Below, one piece after another: positions 57,373-64,000 of a DNA stretch of 64,000 bases. Every line of letters starts with the position of its first letter. Positions within the stretch are counted from its first letter, which is position 1. The position numbers were made by a program, and so were the translations under genes. Under the pieces are notes generated by a model. That model had not been told where the DNA came from. It saw only the letters and a program-made list of their open reading frames with translations, and did not search any database. The stretch is from Candidatus Latescibacterota bacterium. GTDB taxonomy: Bacteria > Latescibacterota > UBA2968 > UBA8231. Location: positions 768,001 through 832,000 of the forward strand of contig OZ242318.1 of NCBI GenBank assembly GCA_965208105.1, given 5' to 3'.

Positions 57373-57764
57373 AGATCCTGCTGGACACCAACGCCCTGGG
57401 TGCGCTGTGGGGCGGGGACCAGCGCGTGCTCGAGGCACTGGACCAGGCAGAGCAGGTATACATGTCTGTCATTGTTCTAGGAGAGTTGCACGCTGGTTTT
57501 AGGGGCGGAAGGCAGATGCGGGAGAACCGAAGGCGGCTCGGGGAGTTCCTGACCAAACCCACGGTACGCCTGCTTGAGTTGACGGCCGCAACGGCGGAGG
57601 TCTATGGCCAGATAAAGGATGAGTTGCGGAGGGCCGGCACCCCCATTCCTATAAACGATGTCTGGCTCTCGGCCAATGCCATCGAATCGGGCTCTGTTCT
57701 GGTTACGTTTGACCAGCATTTCAGCAAGGTTTCGGGAGTTCGGATCTGGGAACCCCAGTTCTAA
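57369..57764 (+). CDS. vapC: PIN-domain toxin
   Basis: LLDTN, VLGEL, PIPINDVW, DQHF; GTGA overlap. Confidence 0.92.
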   Translation: MKILLDTNALGALWGGDQRVLEALDQAEQVYMSVIVLGELHAGFRGGRQMRENRRRLGEFLTKPTVRLLELTAATAEVYGQIKDELRRAGTPIPINDVWLSANAIESGSVLVTFDQHFSKVSGVRIWEPQF

Positions 57765-57901
57765 AGAGAGATGGCGAGCCGGGACCTCGTCAGACAATTC
57801 GTCAAGGTCACCATTCCCTCCATTCAACAGAGACCACCTCACACTGATTGTAGCCACCAAGGCGTTTTGAGAAAGCAACCTGAACAGATGATGGAATCGT
57901 C

Positions 57902-58471
57902 ATGAAGTCTCTGACGGCAGTACTCATTGCGGCTCTGGTCCTCCTCTTGCCAGCCGTGCATCCCGCCGCGGCCCAGGGTCCGGAGGTGAAGGCGGCCGAC
58001 GTGGTGGACCGGGAGACCCTGAGGGCCTTCGTGCACGCCGCCAGGGAGCGCGCGGACCAGGCCTCCACCCTTGCCGAGTACCAGAAGGTGCTGGAGGAGT
58101 TCAGGACCGAGGAAACCTGGAAGAAGGGATCCATCTATCTGTTTGTCCTTTCTCCCGGCGGAGTCATGCTCTTCCACGCGGAGGACAAGGACCTGGAGGG
58201 ACAGGACCTCATCGGCCTGGAGGACCCCAACGGAGTAAAGATAATCCAGGACCTCCTCGCCGCCGCGGCCGAGGGCGGCGGCTACGTCGAGTATCTCTGG
58301 CCCGATCCGGCGGTGGAAGGGGACGAAGAGTCCGGCTCGCCCAAAGTCAGCTACGCCATCCCCTACTCCGCCCTCGGCCAGGACTTGATTCTGGGCTCCG
58401 GCTTCTATCCGGAATCGGCCTCCACCGCGGTCAGGGTGCAATCCTGGGGACAGTTGAAAAGCCGCTTCTGA
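57902..58471 (+). CDS. Secreted stand-alone single-Cache domain protein with SWG tail
   Basis: Signal peptide; WKKGSIYLFV, LEDPNG, GGGYVEYLW, KVSYA, GSGFY. Confidence 0.87.
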   Translation: MKSLTAVLIAALVLLLPAVHPAAAQGPEVKAADVVDRETLRAFVHAARERADQASTLAEYQKVLEEFRTEETWKKGSIYLFVLSPGGVMLFHAEDKDLEGQDLIGLEDPNGVKIIQDLLAAAAEGGGYVEYLWPDPAVEGDEESGSPKVSYAIPYSALGQDLILGSGFYPESASTAVRVQSWGQLKSRF

Positions 58472-58489
58472 GGGAGCACGGATACAGGC

Positions 58490-59125
58490 CTACGAAGGAC
58501 CCGGGCTGGTCATGGCCTCGAATACGAGATCGGCCAGAAGCTGGTTTCCCAGCTCCGCCAGATGGCAGCCGTCGGCGAAGACCTTGACCGGGTGTTCGGC
58601 GTCGGCATTGTAGTCGAGCAGTTTCTCGAACGGCGTCTTCACGTCGACGAAGCGGTTGCCGAACTCCCGGCAGCCGCGCTCGATAATCCGGTCGTACTGC
58701 GCCAGTACCCCGTTCTTCCGCGCTTCGCCAGGGTGCGGTGTGGTAGACAGCTGCAGGGTCGAGACCCCGGCGTTGCGCAGGATCTCCAGTACCTTGACAA
58801 GGTGGGACTCGAAGCTCTCCGGCGCGTACTTCTTGGCGTCGTTCTGACCCATGAAGAGCACCGCCCAGGTCGGTTTGAAACCATCCAGGTACTCCTGCAG
58901 ACGCTGCAGGAGGTGGGGAAGCATGATGCCTCCGACGCCGGCGTTGAGAGTCTCCAGCTCCAGGTGGGGGTAGTGGACCAGCAGCCGCTTGAGCAGAATG
59001 TCCACGTAGCTGCCCAGATAGGCGTGGCCGTAGCGGGCGGCCGGGTTGGTACTGGACAGCAGTCCCGTGCGCCGGGTCAAGCTGTCACCGAGGAAGACAA
59101 CGCGGTCTTTCTTCTGAAGTATCAT
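58490..59125 (-). CDS. SGNH/GDSL hydrolase
   Basis: FLGDSLT, NAGVGG, GQND, DGCH. Confidence 0.9.
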   Translation of the reverse strand: MILQKKDRVVFLGDSLTRRTGLLSSTNPAARYGHAYLGSYVDILLKRLLVHYPHLELETLNAGVGGIMLPHLLQRLQEYLDGFKPTWAVLFMGQNDAKKYAPESFESHLVKVLEILRNAGVSTLQLSTTPHPGEARKNGVLAQYDRIIERGCREFGNRFVDVKTPFEKLLDYNADAEHPVKVFADGCHLAELGNQLLADLVFEAMTSPGPS

Positions 59126-59913
59126 CCGCACGTGGGCCTGGCCTGAATGGCGCCGAACTCGGCCGCGAAGGCATCGCGGGCAGCCTCGGCTCCCCCCTCG
59201 GCCAAACCCACCCTGCCGCGGCGCGACACCCGTTCCCCCGGTCCGATATCGCCGTAGAAGGGATTGGCGTGAATGCAGCCGAACGCGGAGGCCGCGTTGA
59301 CCTGCAGGTACTGCACCTCCTCCCAGCCCGTCCACACGGTCCTGGAACCATCCGCCGACGTCACGCAGATAAACCCGGTATCCGGGCTCTCCCTGGTAAA
59401 ACGCCACTTGGCTCCCTCGCGGTATGGGTCCCTGTGCCGCAGCGGAGCCCTGTGCCCATCCAGCATGGCGTAGCAGTAGTACGGCTTCCCCCTGCCGAAA
59501 TGCTCCATCTCGGCAAGCTTCACCACCCGGCCGTCGACCACGCAGTGGGTGCGCTTCCAGGTCAGGTCGAGGAAGGAGGCCGCCAAGGTCAGCTGCAGGC
59601 AAACGCAGGCGTGCACGCCTCCCCATTCCCCTGAGGTGAGATTGCCGATCTCCATCTCGAGCCCGAAGCCGGACTCGGCGGCCTGGATGCGGGCAGACAG
59701 GGTGAGAAGCCCGGGCAGCTCGAGGTCATAGGCCAGGCATCCATCCTCCCTTTCCACCCAGACCACGGGATGCTCCGGATTCCGGGCAAAAGGCAGCAGC
59801 CTGCCGCTGTCGCCGATCTCCACGATCTCCGGAATCCACAGGTTCGCCCGATCGATAAGGTGCTCGTCCAGACTCACGACGACCTGTGTGGGCCGCGTCT
59901 GCATGTGCAGCAT
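59122..59913 (-). CDS. Hypothetical protein (beta-sandwich-like)
   Basis: RBS, translational coupling with neighbour, CIHANP. Confidence 0.7.
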   Translation of the reverse strand: MLHMQTRPTQVVVSLDEHLIDRANLWIPEIVEIGDSGRLLPFARNPEHPVVWVEREDGCLAYDLELPGLLTLSARIQAAESGFGLEMEIGNLTSGEWGGVHACVCLQLTLAASFLDLTWKRTHCVVDGRVVKLAEMEHFGRGKPYYCYAMLDGHRAPLRHRDPYREGAKWRFTRESPDTGFICVTSADGSRTVWTGWEEVQYLQVNAASAFGCIHANPFYGDIGPGERVSRRGRVGLAEGGAEAARDAFAAEFGAIQARPTCG

Positions 59914-59927
59914 CCTCTCTCCTTTCC

Positions 59928-60986
59928 TCACGAAGTTTCCAGGAAGCGCCACAAGTCGTCGAAGCGCGTCCCTTCGATGGGCTCCCGCAGCACCGAATCG
60001 ATCCCTTTCTCCGCCATGTAGCGCGGCGCGAAGCCCAGCCCCCGGTGCAGGGCGGCTTGCTCCAACCCCATCTGCCCCGGCCGCCAGCGCACGCGGCAAC
60101 GGTCCAGCCGCTCGGCGAACCCCGCCGTATCCCCCGCGCAGCACCATGTTATGATCATCGCTCCCAGAGCCACCAGCTCTCCGTGGATCCAGGTGCGCTG
60201 GTTCGCCGTCTCCAGCGCGATCCAGAAAGGATGGTCGCCGCTTGCCGTGCCGGGCATCGACCTCTGGCTGTCGCGCTCCTTGATCCGCTGTGCGATGTTG
60301 GCCGCGCTCGCCGCGGTCATCCCTCCATTTGCATCCAGGGTCGCGGCGAAGGAACGGGCGATGCCCTCGTGCAGCTCCACCAGCTGTGCGGCCTGCGCCG
60401 GGTCGAACGCCGGCCCCTGCCCAAGCCCCGCCCTCCGCCTCCACTCCTCCAGCCCCGCATACCTGCAGAGGATGTCCCCCAGCCCCGCGGTGTGCAGGTG
60501 GTTCGCCGCCTTGAGGACCACTTCGAGGTCCACGAGCACGTACTGGCAGTCCACCCAGGGCCAGTCGTTCACCCCGCCGACGACCTGATAGCCGTCCCAC
60601 CGCGCCACGTGGCCGTGGATGATCGCCCCGGAGGAGAGAATCGTCGGCACCAGGATCAGCTCCGCGTCCTTGTCCAGAGCAACGAACTTCGACGCGTCCA
60701 GGGCCTTGCCCCCGCCCAGGCCGATGACCAGCTCGACCCCGCCGGGCAGCCGGTCGCTGAGTTCCTGCTGATGCCCCGAGTCCAGCCACTCGGCGAAGAC
60801 AACGCCCTCCGGTGCACGAGCGAGGTGGTCCCGGGAGGCGGCGTAGGCGCTGGGGGTGGTTACAATCGCATATGCCGGCCAGTTGGCGCTGTCTTCCCTC
60901 AACAACCCGTGGTCGACGCGGATGTCGTACTCGGCAGCCGGTTTGCAGCGGCTACCCATGTTCCAGCCCCTGTTCGTTTTCTGCAT
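59928..60986 (-). CDS. Glycerol / glycerol-1-phosphate dehydrogenase-like (DHQS/Fe-ADH superfamily)
   Basis: GLGGGKALDASK, VPTILS, AGLGD, SGDH, HGELVALG. Confidence 0.87.
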   Translation of the reverse strand: MQKTNRGWNMGSRCKPAAEYDIRVDHGLLREDSANWPAYAIVTTPSAYAASRDHLARAPEGVVFAEWLDSGHQQELSDRLPGGVELVIGLGGGKALDASKFVALDKDAELILVPTILSSGAIIHGHVARWDGYQVVGGVNDWPWVDCQYVLVDLEVVLKAANHLHTAGLGDILCRYAGLEEWRRRAGLGQGPAFDPAQAAQLVELHEGIARSFAATLDANGGMTAASAANIAQRIKERDSQRSMPGTASGDHPFWIALETANQRTWIHGELVALGAMIITWCCAGDTAGFAERLDRCRVRWRPGQMGLEQAALHRGLGFAPRYMAEKGIDSVLREPIEGTRFDDLWRFLETS

Positions 60987-61124
60987 TCGCTCTCCGTCAG
61001 GTAGCGGGTCGTGAGAATGGCCTGTTGCTGGCCGCCCCGGCGAGGTCATTCCACCGATCCCTGGCTCACCGCCGATCGGGGCTAGCAGCCCGGATGGATT
61101 TTTTCTATTTCGAGAGGCACAGCA

Positions 61125-61625
61125 CTAGAGCCGCAGCTCCCGCTGATGCTCGCGGATATGGCTTCGCGGCGCCGGATAGGAACCCGTAGCACCGTTGGGC
61201 TCGAAGCCCTTGCGGGAATAGAGGGCTATGGCCGGCTGGTTGTGGTCCCCCACGTCCAGCAACAGACGCCGCGCGCCGATGACCCGGGCCCAGGCGGCGA
61301 CCGCGTCGATGAGGGCTTCCCCAACTCCAAGCCCCCTGACCGCCGGAGCGACCCACATGGAGGCCAGCCAGGCCGCGTCGTGCAGCAGGTCATCGCGCTC
61401 GCCCCACACCATGCCCACGTCTTCTTCTTCCGCAACCGCTGCGAAGGCAGCGATCTCCTGGAGCTGCGCCGACCAGCTCTGCGGGGGCCGGGCAGCGGCC
61501 TCGTCATAGGTGCCGCAAAAGGCGTCAGGCGCATCGGCCAGGGCCCGCAGCAGGAGGGCGCGAAGACGGGGTCCCTCGTCGAAGGCGAGGCGTTTAACGC
61601 CAATGGTCCACTCGCGAGATATCAC
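61125..61625 (-). CDS. GNAT acetyltransferase
   Basis: SMWVAPAVRGLGVG, NQPAIALY. Confidence 0.9.
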   Translation of the reverse strand: MISREWTIGVKRLAFDEGPRLRALLLRALADAPDAFCGTYDEAAARPPQSWSAQLQEIAAFAAVAEEEDVGMVWGERDDLLHDAAWLASMWVAPAVRGLGVGEALIDAVAAWARVIGARRLLLDVGDHNQPAIALYSRKGFEPNGATGSYPAPRSHIREHQRELRL

Positions 61626-61637
61626 CCTTGGAGCCCC

Positions 61638-62033
61638 TCAAAGCGGCTTTCCAAAGCACAGGACATAACCGTCCAGGTCCTTGAGCTCGAATGCGCGAAG
61701 ACCGTCGCTTGTATCAGCCAAGGTTTCATGGAAATCCAGTGAGCGGGCCTGGAACTCGGCGAAAAGAGCGTCGGGATCGGAAGACAGAATGAATGCGTCC
61801 CATCTTGCCCACTCGTGCCGCGTGCAGTTGGGCACAGGAAGGATATCTTCAGAAATTTCCTTGAGAAAAATACTCACCCGGTCGCGACTCACAATTCCGA
61901 AAAACGGGTCTTCTTGGGGAATCAGGAGATCTGTCCCGAATCCAAGTTTTCGATTGTAGAAGTCAATCGACTCGGCAAGGGTCTTTACGATGAAAAATGG
62001 AGCGATCGCCCCAAGGGTCGAATTCTCCGCCAT
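61638..62033 (-). CDS. VOC/glyoxalase family protein
   Basis: SIDFYNRKLGF, FELKDLDGYVLCFG. Confidence 0.9.
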   Translation of the reverse strand: MAENSTLGAIAPFFIVKTLAESIDFYNRKLGFGTDLLIPQEDPFFGIVSRDRVSIFLKEISEDILPVPNCTRHEWARWDAFILSSDPDALFAEFQARSLDFHETLADTSDGLRAFELKDLDGYVLCFGKPL

Positions 62034-62177
62034 CGTGGATCCTCCTTGTGAACTCCTCATGGCATGGGAACCCGGATGGTTAAAATCAACGCCATTGGGG
62101 GCATTCCCTGTCAAGGCGCCGGATTTCACCTTATTTTCAAGCGGACATCCGGCGGTCCTCGAAAGGAGACCGCTCCC

Positions 62178-63470
62178 ATGTATACCCTCCTTCCTTCTCC
62201 TTCCGATATAGATCAGCTTAAGCTGCAGGCGCGAGAGCTTCGAGATGCCTTCAGCGCCGGCGAAGAGGCAGCCGGACAGCGGGTGCGCCGGCATCGGGGT
62301 TCCGCCGCGCCGGAATTCGCCTGCCTTTCATTGCGCAGCTCCCGGGCAATCATCGCCCGCGAGCACGGATTCACCAGTTGGGACCGTCTCAGGCAGTACA
62401 TCGATTCCCCGGCCAAGCCAGCCGCAAGCGACCACGAAAGAGTGTTGGGGCAACCCCACAGCCGGGAGCGCCTGCGCCGCTTGAGCCGCGAGGAATACCC
62501 CATAACCAGGGGGCAGGTTCAGAATATTCTCGACAAAAACCGGCTTGGCGTTCTATCCAGGTTTGAAACCATCGGTGGAACGAACCTGCCCAACACGGTA
62601 ATCGACATTCGCACCACCTCCGGGGATGGCTTCGTCCTCAAGATTCAGACCCGCTCCCTGCCCGAGTGGTCGCTGCGCCAGGAGCATCAGGCCATTCGCG
62701 TTCTGCAAGGCGTCGACGAGGTGCCGGTGTCGGAGAAGTGTGAACTGGACGAGAGCGGCAAAATTATCCCCTTTCCATACCTGATTTCGAACAGGCTGCA
62801 GGGGCGGCAGGGCGAGCTCTTCTTTCAGCAAGCCGGTCACGAGTCGCGTCTTTCGCTGGCAGAGCAGTTGGGAGATATGACCGCCACAATCCACCAGCAG
62901 ACTCCACCACCGGGCCTGCCGAAGTTGCCCAAGGGCATGCGGAGCGTCGAAGAGGCCCTCCTGGGGAATGCGGCCCTCAAGCGGGAGCTGGAAGCCCAGG
63001 TCCCCGGGTTCGAGCGCCGCATAAAGCGAGCCATGGGCGCCCTGGAAGACACGGAGGAAACGGGCGGCGAGGTGCTGCTGAAGGTGGAGGCTGGCCTGCA
63101 CAATCTCCTCGTTGAGGAGAACGGCAGAAACGTGCGGATAAGCGGTCTCTTCGACTTCCAGGCAGCCCGCATCGGCCCCCGAATCACCGACCTGACCAAG
63201 GTCGAGGGCAGCATTGCCACCCACGCGGCGCGAGGCCCATCATGTCCGTCCCCTCACAGGGACCGCTACGTGGAAGCCATGCGCCAGGCTTACCGAGGCC
63301 GGTGTGGCTTCAATCCGGAGTTCGACGACGAAGCGCACCTGATGCTCGACCTGGTCGGACATGCCCGCCTGGTGCGCTACTGGTGGGACTGCTTCGAATA
63401 CCTGCACCCCAGGAACCCGCTGTGGATAGAGCGGGTGGTGCTCGGATTGATGCGGCTGGGAGGAGGCTAG
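62178..63470 (+). CDS. Aminoglycoside-phosphotransferase-like protein with N-terminal 'AREHGF.SW' domain
   Basis: LPSPSDIDQLKLQARELR...IAREHGFTSW; FVLKI, GLFDFQ, ITDL. Confidence 0.82.
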   Translation: MYTLLPSPSDIDQLKLQARELRDAFSAGEEAAGQRVRRHRGSAAPEFACLSLRSSRAIIAREHGFTSWDRLRQYIDSPAKPAASDHERVLGQPHSRERLRRLSREEYPITRGQVQNILDKNRLGVLSRFETIGGTNLPNTVIDIRTTSGDGFVLKIQTRSLPEWSLRQEHQAIRVLQGVDEVPVSEKCELDESGKIIPFPYLISNRLQGRQGELFFQQAGHESRLSLAEQLGDMTATIHQQTPPPGLPKLPKGMRSVEEALLGNAALKRELEAQVPGFERRIKRAMGALEDTEETGGEVLLKVEAGLHNLLVEENGRNVRISGLFDFQAARIGPRITDLTKVEGSIATHAARGPSCPSPHRDRYVEAMRQAYRGRCGFNPEFDDEAHLMLDLVGHARLVRYWWDCFEYLHPRNPLWIERVVLGLMRLGGG

Positions 63471-63521
63471 CCCGGAGTTGGGGAAGCGATGCTGTTGCTT
63501 CGCCGCCAACAGGCCTGATTC

Positions 63522-64000
63522 TCAAGCTAGCCGGGATAACGCCTCTGCGCCGAATCGTTCGGCGACCTCCAGGGTCTGGTGAACGTCGTCCCAGGTGGTG
63601 GCGCTGTTGAGGATGCACAGCCTGAGACAGAATATCCCCTTGATGCTCGTCGACGAGATGATGGCACGATCATCCCAAAAGACACGGGCGAGCACGTTCC
63701 GGTTGATCTCTTCCAGAACTTCCCCTGAAAGGTCCGCACCCTCCGGGTGGATCCGGAAACACACGATCCCCAGAGTCACCGGATTCATTTTCTCGAGTAC
63801 CGAGCTCGCCCGAATGTACTCCTCCGCCCGGGAAGCAAATTGCATCCCCTGCAAAATTGCTCGCCGGAACGCGCCCAATCCGAAGGTCTGGATCGACATC
63901 CACACCTTCAAGGCGCGAAACGAGCGGCTCAGTTGCACGCTGCGGTCGGCGAAATTGGGATGATTCGCGCCCCATATGGTATCCTGGAGGACATCGTGAT
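63522..64000 (-). CDS. Aromatic-L-amino-acid decarboxylase-like PLP enzyme, C-terminal part
   Basis: QLSRSFRALKVWMS, LGIVCFR, LRLCILN. Confidence 0.9.
   Translation of the reverse strand, partial: HDVLQDTIWGANHPNFADRSVQLSRSFRALKVWMSIQTFGLGAFRRAILQGMQFASRAEEYIRASSVLEKMNPVTLGIVCFRIHPEGADLSGEVLEEINRNVLARVFWDDRAIISSTSIKGIFCLRLCILNSATTWDDVHQTLEVAERFGAEALSRLA

Overview
GC-rich bacterial chromosomal segment with about 55 mostly accessory or metabolic genes. I found no rRNA, tRNA, CRISPR array or intact transposase. The gene content suggests an FCB-related lineage such as Ca. Latescibacterota (inference). The clues are three PhyH dioxygenases, several Gfo/Idh/MocA oxidoreductases, glycoside-hydrolase-like proteins, a FlgD/T9SS-like C-terminal domain and secreted proteins ending in an 'SWG.(I/L)K' tail. 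Most notable: (1) an ECF sigma factor fused to a two-domain DnaN (beta sliding clamp)-like module with its own internal RBS, followed by a leader-peptide/terminator/30-aa membrane-peptide unit; (2) a tusA - dsrE - tusA::metE sulfur-relay operon; (3) a shared C-terminal 'SWG.(I/L)K' putative sorting signal on three unrelated secreted proteins, one of them cut off by an in-frame TAG; (4) a dispersed 55-95 bp promoter/palindrome repeat in three copies; (5) a circularly permuted LamG domain inserted in a propeller hydrolase; (6) a 6TM channel with an extracellular beta-repeat insert; (7) a sigma-54 enhancer/promoter upstream of a decayed secreted-protein gene; (8) many gene scars (arsC, rtcB, cyanophycinase, HATPase, Gfo/Idh/MocA). 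All family calls come from motif recognition by eye, not database searches. Some starts were moved to RBS-supported codons.
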